Shown here: positions 26,200 to 38,028 of the stretch, piece by piece | Numbering within the stretch: the stretch's first letter is position 1 | Layout of the letters: each line of letters starts with the position of its first letter | Made by a program: the position numbers and the translations under genes | Source of the DNA: Cycas panzhihuaensis | Lineage: Eukaryota; Plantae; Cycadophyta | Length of the DNA: 64,000 bases | NCBI GenBank assembly: GCA_023213395.1 | Contig: CM041465.1 | Span: 90,837,741 to 90,901,740 of the forward strand | Reading direction: 5' to 3' | Notes under the pieces: model-generated | Databases searched by the model: none | What the model was told of the DNA's origin: nothing | Seen by the model: only the letters and a program-made list of their open reading frames with translations

Positions 26200-27009
26200 A
26201 AATCCACAATGCAGTGAATCATTTGTCCACTACCCAAGAAAACAAGTTTTAAGTTTGGAAGCTTTTCTGGAAAATCGAATAATTTATTAATTAAATCTAA
26301 TGTGTGTACAATGGATTGAGGCTATATAAATATGAATGAGATGCCTCTTTTGATGAGACTCACCTCTTGATAAATAATGTGTTAATGATGATTAATTAGG
26401 GTTGCAAGGCTTGCAACAAGTCCCTTCCCTTCGAAATGCTTTTCCCTCAAAGCATGGGAAGATTTCATGGACTTCTGCAGGCAGTTGCTAGGTCTTTCCT
26501 CAGTTTGATTTTTGTAACATGTTCCATTCCATGATTAGGCGTAGATTCAATTAGAAGGGGCTGAAATACTTTGTCACTCTGCTGCAAAAAAATCTTGGAG
26601 ATCATTAGTTTGTTTCTTATTGAATTGTTCTTTTGTCAGCAAGGTCGCCATGGAATATAAAGGTTGCCATGGAATGTTCCCAACTTCCTATGCCATTCAA
26701 TCCCAAGTACAATATCCAAGTTTTTAATGGGAAAGGCTTAATAATCAGTGTGGAAGGTGAGAGTATTGATTTGGAGTTGTTGACTAACGAGCTCTCCATC
26801 GCAGTTTATTTGTTTGTCACCCAACACGACTATTTGCAGAGTCTTGGACTTATTAATGAAAAGGCCCAAATGGATTGCAACTTTGGTGCCTATGAAATTG
26901 TGAGTGCTTCCCAGTTCGATGAGAATGACTATCATCGGCTATCATCAAGAGGCAATATCCCCACAGGAGGTGGTTGATCGTCAATGATATCAATTTCATT
27001 GTTATCAAC
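26200..27009 (-). mobile_element. Element Z, 3' part: end of gag, protease, PPT and 3' LTR of a chromovirus-like Gypsy
   Basis: ILIELGSTHNFI (LIDSGSTHNF-type protease) and LYLGLNGIG. Minus-strand PPT AAGGGAAGGGACT at 26431-26419, followed by TGTTGCAA at 26418 and a TATATA/AATAAA-containing LTR-like stretch. Left boundary approximate. Confidence 0.72.
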
Positions 27010-27649
27010 CATTATATAGCTGACTATTGATAGCGGGACTTGATTGTTAGCACATGTGATTGAGGACCCTAATTATCAATGCTTGTTAGTTATCACCTAC
27101 GGGTTCATACTAGGAAGAGAGTAGATGGTACAACACAATCAATCGCATTATCACAAGAACATCATATGAACATAACTCAACTCAAGAACATAATTACAGA
27201 ATGTACATGACACAAAATACTTTATTACATAAAAAATGGTTATACACAAGGAGTAGGATGTGATCATCCCATACAAGTCCGATACCACCTACCAAGATCA
27301 GGATGCGCAACATTGCATAGCTTCTGTCTATTCTCATTACATATATATATTCTTAGAACCGTCATCTGTCACTTGGTAACTACTTCTAACTTCTTGACCT
27401 AACTAATTTTCTTTGTTAACACAACACTCGACATTTACCCATTATTAACAAAATGGGTTTCAACATCTATCCTCCCTTTTTTAAGCTCTGAGCGTCTCAC
27501 TCAGAAGGTGCATCCTGGTCTGGAACTGAATATGTTTTTGAATATAGAGGGTTCAATTCCGCTTTGCACCTCCATTTTCGATTTTGGTGGCTGACTACAT
27601 CAACACATTGTAATATTCTCTCACGACGTCTTTTTTCTTACTTAAGTCG

Positions 27650-29185
27650 AGTTGATAAATTTTTGTCTAGTCGTTCAGAATTTTTGAGTAGTTTCTCATT
27701 CTGATGGAGATGTTCCTCTAAGGCACTAATATGTTGGATATGAAAGACCTCCCGATTGTACATTTCCTGATTTGTTTTTGCTAATTGATTGCATTCCCCT
27801 TCCTTTTTCTGTAAAAATTATCTTGTTTCTCTCAAGTCCTTTTGTAGCTGATCATAACTATCTATTTTATGATAATTATCTTCAATCATCTTTAAAAATG
27901 ATCCTTGAGCTTCTACTACTGCTTGATAGTCGTCCACCAGGCTCACCATGCGTGCATGTTGGGTTTTAATGGTTTGTAGATCAATGGGGGTTGTTGCTTC
28001 CTGTTGCTTCTTTGGTTCTAATTCTAGCTCTGGCTTGGTTGAAGCATTGACTCCTAATACTCTAAACAGTTCACATCATGCTGCTTCACTGTCTATGTTG
28101 GGAGATGCCGGAATATTCAGATCCTGTATTGTACTGTCGGTGTCTCCATCAATAGGTGGTGTAGACTCATTGCCTGTTCTTGCTTCCTCATTCTCCTCAC
28201 TCGTGCTAAGATCTAAGTAGTCTGCAATATAATACTCATCAGAGTCATTAGAGAAAGCTGTCAAAGATTCATCGATTTTGCATACTATCATAACTTTGCA
28301 TTTCTTTGTTTGTTCTATTTTGCCTTTCTTCTGAATTTTTAGATGGATTTTCTTTGGTGTGGAAGAATCTTTATGAAATGCAAAGAGCAACAAAATCGTT
28401 GGACTTTTTGCTAATCCTGGTAGATGAAATTTTTCATAACAGAATTCCAATAAATACATAGTGAGGTTAAAACTTGATTGCCCCCCTGTAACAATCTAAT
28501 ATAGTGATGTCTTTAGCTTTTTTGAGATGAAATCAGACCAATTGTAAATTGTTCCCTTCATGAGTCCTTGAAGATACGAGGTTGTCCACCAAGGCAACGC
28601 GTTACAACGTTGTTCTCCTAGAAGTCTTGTACACATAAGTACTGTGACAACTATCACATTTGTAGTCTTTAGATGTGTCATCGGAATGCCACGTCCCCCA
28701 TGCTTATGATGAAATTCTTTTCTGCATATTGTTTGAATGATCTAGTCCTTTATTACAACCATTAAGTTTTCTGATTTCTTCACTTCTTGTTCTTCCATTG
28801 GAAGCCCTGTAAACCTTGCTAGATCTTCCAGCTCCATTCTTATAATTCTATTGTTAATTGTCAATACTCGATCTGTGGGATTATAACCTTGTAATACGTC
28901 TTGTAATCTCTTAGAATTTTTTGAAAAGATCGGAAATGATACAGCCTGGACGACCCCTGTGCCTGTTAAATGCGCTTTTAATGGAGCATTTCGATCTTCT
29001 ACTTCTAACCACTTGTGCAATACGAAAGAGTCCAATACTTGCCATTTAATCTGACAACCTCCAATTTTGAATAGAATCTTTGCATCTTCTTCCGTATGCT
29101 TTTGCAGGGACTCTGAAAATGAAAGGGTTGTCAGTGCAAATTTTGTAAACCTAGATCCAAACATTCTCACTTCGTCTTGATTCAA
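27650..29185 (-). pseudogene. Element B extra 3' ORF, plant-mobile-domain-like, with acidic and coiled-coil tail
   Basis: ORF pieces 29185-28742, 28681-28496 and 28459-28076 include GYNPTDRVLTINNRIIRMELEDLARFTGLP and GTIYNWSDFISKKL. Lies between integrase and PPT, same sense as pol. End approximate. Confidence 0.65.
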
Positions 29186-29649
29186 CCGTACTCATCTTCG
29201 TTTGTCGTCATTGTCTACCCCCTCACTGTCCAGTTCTCTCTTAGGAAAAAAAATTGATGTTTGAGACATGTGGGGCAGTGATTTATAGGGTTGGCCGACC
29301 TGGGGTGTGTGGGTTGGCCACCCATGGTTTTGGCGAAATCATAGACTGCCATTCGTGGTTTCTGCTCGTGGTTTAGCGAAACCACGGGCCGGCCGTGGTT
29401 TTTGTCCATGGGTCGGCGGTGGCAGTTGCTAGCTGATCCAACTGTCTCATGTTGTTTTTTTTTTCCTTCTCAACTGTAACTATGCTTCTTCTTCTTCTTT
29501 TCCTTTTCATTTATTTATTTTTTTTCACAGTTTCTTTTTTTCTTTCGATTTTTTTTTTAGCGTAATTATGCTTTTCATTTTACTAAATAAAATTTAACAA
29601 ATTGTTATGTGATAATAGGCCACTCAAATAGAATATTGTTTTCACATGT

Positions 29650-32600
29650 GCCTTTCATTGGTTTTGTAAATTTTAAGTTTTGATCCATTGGTCGTAAGCA
29701 TTTGTGTGTCATCGTTAATTTGTGATATCTCCACTGTACCATTCTAAAATTTTTTTTTGACTATAAATGGATCGAGCCATCAAATTTTAAGCTTACATGG
29801 TTTTATAAAATGCTTGCTGTTATACTTAAGAACAAGGTTCTCTTCCTTAAATACTTTTTGATGTAATGTTTTGTCGTGTCATTTTTTTCTTTGTTGTTGT
29901 ATTGTGTTCATCATCCATTGCGCATGTTGTCGACTTTCATTCAAACCTAAAATTGTTTCTAGTTGAGCTTGAATACTGGCAAAAATCTGACCATCATTGT
30001 TGCACAAAAATCCTTGAACTTGGAACTATAAATTATATAGGGAGAGCTGCTTCTACGCCATAGACTAATTGAAATGAAGTATGATCGGTAGTAGTTTTAT
30101 AAGTAGTCTTGAAGGCCCATAGAGCTAAATGTAATTGTTCTGCCTAGTCATTTCTATTTGTGTTGCATAGTTTGGTTAACATTGTTACTATTATTTTATT
30201 CCTTGATTTTGCTTGTCCATTAGCTTGTGGATAATAGGGTGTCAACTTATGATGTGTGATCATGAATTCCTTTGTTAAACAATGGATTGTGTCATTTATA
30301 AAATGTGTTCCTCTGTCAGTCATGATTTCTAATGGCCATTTGAATCTAGTAATAATATTCTCATAAAGGAATATGGCTGTGCTTCGCATAGAATTATCTT
30401 GAAGTACTTTTGCTTTGACCCACTTCGTGAGGTAGTCTATTGCAACTAAGATATATTTCGCCTATGTTATTCGTGTGACATGTTTGAAAGGTCCCACAAA
30501 ATCTAATCCCCAGTGTTCAAAAACTCCTTGAGCTAAAGATGGTTGTAAGGGCATGAAATCATGTTCCAAAGGTTGGCCCATTCTTTGACAAATATCACAT
30601 TAGAAACATACTCTTTTGTGTCCTTGAAAAATTGAGGCCACCATAATCTTGATAATAAAATATTTCTAGTTGTAGATTTGGATCCAACATGGCTACCAAC
30701 ATTACCTCAATGAGCTTCATCGATTATTGTTGGCACTTCTTCTGACATTACACATCTCCATAACATATGATCTTTTCCGAGCTTGTACAAGAATCCTCCT
30801 ATTAGTTGATAAGGTGTTGCTTTTTTCACGAGTTCTCTGCATTGTTGCAAAGTCATATCTGTAGGGAATGATCCTGTGCTGAAGTATCCTGTTATGTCAT
30901 CATAACCTGGTGGAGTTGCTATTACTTGGAATAGTTTAGCGTTGACAAAATCTCATTAATTCTACGAGGTTCCTTACTTGTCCAAATTCTGGATAAGTGA
31001 TTGACAACTACATGTATGCGACCTGGTCGAACTACTACCTTAAAATTAAATTCTTGAAGTAACAATGACCATTGCCTTATTCTTTCTTGAATGATGGGTT
31101 TGTTGATCATGTATAAAAGGGCTTGATGGTCAACAAAAAATACAAAAGGATTTGCTAAGAGATAATGTCAAAAGTTTTGCATGGCATAAATCATTTCCAA
31201 TGCTTCTCTTTCTATTGTTGAGTAATTCTTTTCTGCTTTATTCAATTGTCTGCTGGTGAAGTAGATGGGTAAATCGAGCTTGTGACTTCCCTCTTGGGCT
31301 AGTTTACATCCATTTGCTATATGTGATGTTTCTACGTGAATATGAAATTCTTTCATCTAGTTTGGGTGAGCTAAAATTGGAGCTGTAATAAGTTTATTTT
31401 TGAGATCTTCAAACGTTGTTTGTTGTTCGTTCCCCCCAAGTAAAACTTATCCTTTCCATCACAATTCTTCTAGGGGATGCGCAATGTGAGCAAATCCCTT
31501 TATAAACCGACGGTAGTATTTGATGTGTCCAATGAAGATTCATACTACTACAACATTTGATGGTGGGGCCAAATTTATTATGACTTTGATTTTATTCGGA
31601 TATGTTTTCAACCCACGAGCATAAACAATATATCCTAATAGCTTGCCATATGGAACTAAAAATTGACATTTTTCTAGATTTAGTGATAGTTTTGTTTTTC
31701 GACAAATTTCCAAACATTCCATCAATAGTGGAAGATGGTCTTTAATGTTACCATAAATGGATCAATCGTCTAAGAATACCTTTACTGATTTTGATGATAA
31801 TTGATCAAATACATACATAATGATTAGTTGAAATGTAGTAGGGGCTTTGCAAAGTCCAAAAGGCATTTTGTTGGACGTAAAAATTCCAATCAATGTGATA
31901 AATGCGGTTTTTAATTTATCCTTTTTTGTAATGCTTATTTGGTTGCAGCCTGAAAAGCCATTTAAGAATGAGTATATCTCATGTCCTGCAACTTCTTCTA
32001 ATATGTTATCGGTAAAGGGAATAGGAAATGGGTCTTTACAAGTGGTTGCGTTCAATTTTCGAATATCAACACAAATGTGTAATTTCCCATTTTTCTTGGG
32101 GACTACCACAATTGGCGCAACCCACTCACTTGTTTCAACTTTAAATATAATTCTAGCATCCAACATTTTTCTAATTTCTGTGTCTACTTGTTCCGCATAT
32201 TTGGGATTCATTCAATAAGGTCAACGTTTTACTCATTTCGACTTGGTTATTAGTTCAATTCTATGTTCACATAATTTTCTTGGTATTTCCTTTAAATCTT
32301 TGTATGTCCAAGCAAAGACATCCTTATATTGCAAGAAAATCTTTGTCGTTGCCGCTACCAACATTGGATCCCAATTATTACCCATCATTATTGTTTGCTT
32401 GTTTTGTTCAGTGCCTAAAATTATTGGTTGTTGTGATGTTTTATCATAGAAAATTTGATCCTTATTAAAATTGTGTGCGGGATTTTGAAGTAATGTTTGG
32501 TTTCCTTCAACGACTTCATAAAAATGGTTGTGGTATTCATGCTTGCAATCATATGTATCCTGGATTTGGTAAGCATTTATGTAGTCTAGTGTTTCTATTT

Positions 32601-34756
32601 CAACTGAATAGCATGAAAATAGTTAATATTCTCGTTGTTGCCAATGAAACAACCCACTAGTTGATTCTACCTCATCTTCAGAACATGGATCCAAGTACAA
32701 AACACCTTCAATTGGTTCACATATATTATCATCGTCAAATATTGTACTTAGAGAATGTTGATCCTCTTTAGCACTTTTAGTACATTCATCATCAGTATCG
32801 CTATTGCCCTCATTTGAGGAGCTAGAATCTACTAATTCCTCACTTATAGTATGATGATTTGAATTAATTAATTATTTTTTCCTTTTTGCTTAATCATTAA
32901 TGTGTTGCGACCCCAATTCTGGAGTATGCGCACAATATGTAACCAAGGTTGTCCTAGAAGTGCTTCGTATGGTGGAGGTGTCTCGTCGATCATAGGAATA
33001 ATGACAAAATCTGCTACAAATTCTTGATTTCCAATGTGAACTTTTTGTGCACGCATCATGCCTAATGGTTGTACGCCATGTTGATTGGCCAATTGTAGCC
33101 AAAATGTGGGGGGCCATAATGGAGGCATGTTAATTCTTTGCCAGGTCGTTACTGGTACAATATTGACTGTAGCACCGCCATCTACCATGGTATTATTTAA
33201 CACATGTTCCAATAAAGTTATTGAGATAGTTATGTCCTGGTCCACTCTAAGAGATCATACATGATGTTCTACTTGAGAATCAAGTACCACTAAATTGTTA
33301 GGAATGTGGATCGTCTTTTGGAGTTTCTTGAACAACCATTTTCTGATTCATCTTTAGTTGTTGTATGTAATCCTTGAGTGTTTGAAATAATAGTGAATCA
33401 TATTCAAGTAGTGTCGAGATTTTCATAGTTATCTCACTTTGTAAGAATTGATCAAGAATCATGGCAGTGACTTCATTACCGTGAACTACTATCATTGGTG
33501 GTTGCATTAATGAGTTATCTAGTTGTGGAAGTGTTGGAACCACATTGTGTTCTTGCTCCTGCATCGATTGTATCAAGTCTTGAGTTTGGCATAAATGTTC
33601 TTTCTTGTTTGAAGGTTCCGGGTATTTAGGTTTCTTGGCTCTTCTTCTGTATACTGCATATGTCGACAGAGTTTGGGATGTGTCCTCTTTTCCATTCTTA
33701 GCTACTACACCCACGAGGTTGACTTTTTTGTTCAATTGTTTAGGACAATGGTCGTCGTCGTGATCGCCAGGTTTGCACCATTGACATAATGTTGAGGTGT
33801 TGTTTTCCAAGTTAGGACAATCTCTGTTAAAGTGTTCCCACAATTTACATTGAAAGCATTGAACCATCGATTGTCGTTGAGCATCTCTTTGTATTGTTGA
33901 CTTGACCCACGTTGCCTTCTAAGAGAAGGTCAGTTGGTTTCTTGGCATATAAAGAACATCTCTCGCTCTTGTCTTCTACGCGGGCAGATGTTGAAACCAC
34001 ATTCTTCCGTATTGTGATTATTCATTTTACAAATGTGGTAATACTTGAACCCTTGATTTTCTGGATATTTTGACTCCATATGACCTTCGATTTTGCATTT
34101 GATGCACCATATGTGTTGCCTCTCCTTTGGTTGGTTTTGCATGAAATCTTTCATCATCTGCATCGAGTCTTCTCTCAGGGTTTCAATAAAAGATTCATCT
34201 TTGGTTTCAACTTCCATCGTTTTGTCTTGGTGCCATGCCTTTGCTTTCTCTTCGATCTCGAGACTCATTGCACGATCCACTACCTCTTGGTATGATGAAG
34301 GGGGAACCTCTCAAAGTTTTCTTCAATATCTTGGAAGTAACCCTTCTAGGAACCACCTTTTCCTCAATCCATCAATTACTTCAATTTCCATTTTTCTTGA
34401 TTAAACTTTTCAATTTTGTATTATAACTTCGTATTGTTTCCTTATTTTCTTGTTTGAGATTATATATTTGGTCCACCACTTCACTGTCGTCTCGTAACAG
34501 TTTGAATTCTTTTTCAAAAGCTTCCCTCAAGTCGGCCCATTTCTTAAAATGTCCTTCATTCAATTCTTTGAACCGGTCATTTGCAACATCCCGTAAAGTT
34601 GCCGGAAATGCCTGCAACCAATGATCTTTATCTATTTCCCCGTTTTCCATCTATATTGTTTCTCACACGTTACAATGTCTGGCCTGGTCTTCGTCTGCTT
34701 TACCATTGAACGTGGGTAATTTTTGCTTCGTGCCACCTTTGGATGATGTCGCCATT
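29650..34756 (-). pseudogene. Element B gag-pol, disrupted
   Basis: Gag LPTFNG...WLQAFPATLR...WADLREAF with four CCHC knuckles; PR MVDGGATVNI; RT ICVDIRKLN, MPFGL, VFLDD; RH FHIHVETS, NYSTIERE; INT IMTDRGTHF, PYYPQANGQ. Confidence 0.92.
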
Positions 34757-35716
34757 GTGAATGTTATTAATTCTGATGATTTAGCCAGAGATCTTGTGTA
34801 CTTTAGTTGTTGTAATCTATATTGTCTAAAGTCGTTCGTTAGCTTCTTCCTCCTTCATTCATAGTACTTTCCAAACAAGGCCCTTTTTTGTCTAGGGCTA
34901 GTGTGTTCTTGTTCTTACACACCAACTAATGATTGCTCTTGTTCTTGTAGACTTAGATGAGCAAATGCTTCCTCAATTTCTTTTAAGTCTAGATTGGTTC
35001 CATGTTGTCGCTTCCAAGCTTGCCACACTTGTCGTCCTCGGTTTATTATTGACCAATCAATTTGTGTTAACGTTCTTGACTCTTGTTGCCTCAATGCATG
35101 TATTCGATCTGATCTTCTTACTTGTGATTGTTGATTGGTCTTGCTTGTGATCTCGTGCTTAAACACGTATATTGGCTGTTTAGAATTGGGCATTGGCACG
35201 AAAATACTCCACAATATTAGCGAGCATTACTAGTTCTTGGATGATGATATCGTCTAAGTATTGCTCGACGATGCCCTTTTGTAACAGGAAAGGTTTCAAC
35301 TCAATAATGATCCTAATATCTGCTTCTGAAAATTGAACGAGTGTTAATTCCCCCATTGCTGTTTGATTTCTGTGACGGTTGCAAATCGTCATCTACATCT
35401 AACTTGTTCTCAATACCTTAGTTTATCCATATTATCTTGTTTCTAGGTTGGCAACAACAATAGATGTTAGTTATCACCTACGAGTTCGTACTAGGAAGAG
35501 AGTAGATGGTACAACACAATCAATTGCATCATCACAAGAACATCATATAAACAGAACTCAACTCAGGAATATAATTATAGAATGTACATGACGCAAAATA
35601 CTTTATTACATCAAAAATGGTTATACACAAGGAGCAGGATGTGATCATCCCATATAACTCTGCTATCATCCACCAAGATCAAGATGCGCAACATGGCATA
35701 CCTTTTGTTTATTCTC

Positions 35717-35717
<1 letters not shown>

Positions 35718-35768
<51 letters not shown>
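35718..35768. repeat. (TA)n microsatellite inside the 5' LTR of B
   Basis: Long TA run. The matching site in the other LTR (about 27340-27350) has only about five units. Confidence 0.95.
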
Positions 35769-35770
<2 letters not shown>

Positions 35771-37599
35771 TATTCCTGGAACCATCATTTGTCACTTGGT
35801 AACTACTTCTAACTTCACAACACCCGACATTTGCCCATTATTAACAAAATGGGTCCCAATAGTGCTAGCTATTAACCTTTGTGTGCAAGATGCTTACTCC
35901 TACCAATGGAATGTATGCTGCCTACATTGGCCAATGGGATTCCATGAGAGAGGCCTTTGTTGTGTATTTAAACCCCAATGAAATCTGGACATGTCATTAT
36001 TACGTATTGAGATCTTATATAAAGAGCATATTGTGGTATGACTTTGGTGTCCACTCAATGCTTATTTTGTGTATCTTGTTCTTGTCAAGAAAGGAGAGTC
36101 GGTTGGTTGGTTTGATATTCTCATATTGTATCCTTTGTGCTCCTTAAATATTTGTGGTGAATATCAGGATAGAATTGTCCCAAATGGTATTAGAGCTCGG
36201 CTCGAAAGTCTTATCTGCAGCAACAAAGTGAAAAATAAGTGAACGTGAAGACAAAAGCAAGGTAAAGGAAGCGAAAGTTTTAGCAACCCGGCAAGAAAAT
36301 TTTGTTTCCCCCCTTTTGGTGATATTTTACAACCCTCTCCTTTTAAAAAATTCTATCTCTGCACTATTTTACTGTCCTTCTGTAGAGTTCTAAGAAGAAA
36401 CCCTGTTTCAGGGGTTTTGAAATATCCACAAGAAGCTATTATTTCTAGCCAAGTGTGCTTAGGAATAAGCCAACACATGAAGTGAGGTGGTTTATTTGCC
36501 AATTCTCAGGCTTTAGATAGCACCTACATACGGAATTGAGCCTCCACATACCCTCAGGTATATTGGAGGACCCCTATAACTTTTCTTTCCACAACCTAGA
36601 CTAAAACAATTGATTGCTTGTAACTCTATAGTGCACTGGTTAGTGGTTAGTGCCAGGAATCTACCCTCCATGAACACCTTTGACATGAATAACACGGTTA
36701 CTGGTATGGTAACCCTTTGTAGTTAGTGCTATGAGATATTGGGCCAGTTGCTATTAATGAATGAGAAGTTTATAGGAGGGCCTATAGACTAAGCAAGCCC
36801 TGAGTCGAAAGTTTGTCCAAACACTAGTTGGCTAAACCCTACTTTGGGTTTGCAAAAATTGTTGCAAAAAAAAAAGAAAAGATTCTCTCATTAACAGAGT
36901 ATAAAGAAGAAAGAAAGTTGTTGCAGTCAAAACATTGTATATCATAAAAATAACAAACTTGGCAAATCTATTCAAAACTGCTATTCATAGATTTCCTCTA
37001 ATCAGGCCCTTTAGTAGTAGATTCTAAAAACCCTCATCATCAAATTTTATTTATTAAAAAAGAGAGAGAGAGAGAAAAAAAGACGAAATTAGAAAAAAAC
37101 TACTTGCGGGCTCACACCTCCACAAGGCCACTTCTGCATATCTTATTTTTTTGCGGACAAAACCTTTACTAGAGGTCTGTGTGTAAAATATATTAAAAAG
37201 AAAAAAACCCACAAGTTTAATTTTACTCTTATTCATTTACCTCATTTTAACGAGTGTGTCGTGCTCATCATTTTTCACTAGGGTAGTTTTAACCATTATT
37301 TTTTAGGACAAATGACATACGGGCACTGAATGGGGCCCACAACTGAATTTTCACACATAATTTCACCTACATCATTTTGACGAGCCTATGGCACTCATCT
37401 TAGTGCACTAAGTGAAATTATTATAAATTTTTGGTGGTTAATAGGTTATAGACCCCTTCCTTCCTACATGACTCCCTAATTCTTTAGGCCCATTCTGTCC
37501 ATTTAATTCCCCCTTTCTTTCACAACCCCTTAATCCCTCCTCTTTGAATCCCTTTCTTTTCTTTTTTCCTTTTCTCAATAGCTTATACCTGTTCATACA

Positions 37600-38028
37600 A
37601 TGGCTCCTACTCGGGCATATTGGCTCTTAGCGTTGGATACTCAATTTAACACTTTGAGTGACAATTTCACTAAGCTATCGCATGAGATTGGGAAGTAATC
37701 GACATAGATATCCAGTGCGCCATCCTCCTCAAACTCATTTGGCAGTTCATCTCCACCTCCTACACCCTCGCCATGACAACAACCATTCCACCATAAAATC
37801 ACAATATTGACGTTTGACTTAGATCTCAACAAGGACATCGTGTGGAGTTGGGTCAACAAGTTAGAGTCACACTTCTCTCTTAACCCTATATCACCCAATG
37901 ATAACTTAATCTTTGTCTCTATTCATCTTAAAGGCAAGGCACATCATTGGTTCTGTTAGTGGGAATGGGAGAACCTGACATCAAACATTGGCCCTCGTTT
38001 GCAAGAACTTCTTCAAACAATATGAAGA
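37600..38028 (+). pseudogene. Element A gag, N-terminal part (interrupted by D)
   Basis: WVNKLESHFSL...SIHLKGKAHHWF. Continues after 51226 as FSQLTWLNQ...EF. Confidence 0.8.

Larger units (their letters stand above)
27084..35861 (-). mobile_element. Element B: non-chromovirus Ty3/Gypsy inserted in the 5' LTR of A
   Basis: LTRs at 27084-27465 and 35465-35861, TSD ATGCT/GTGCT (one mismatch), minus-strand PPT AAAAAAGGGAGGATAGA next to 27465, degenerate GTTGCC-type PBS next to 35465. Confidence 0.92.
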
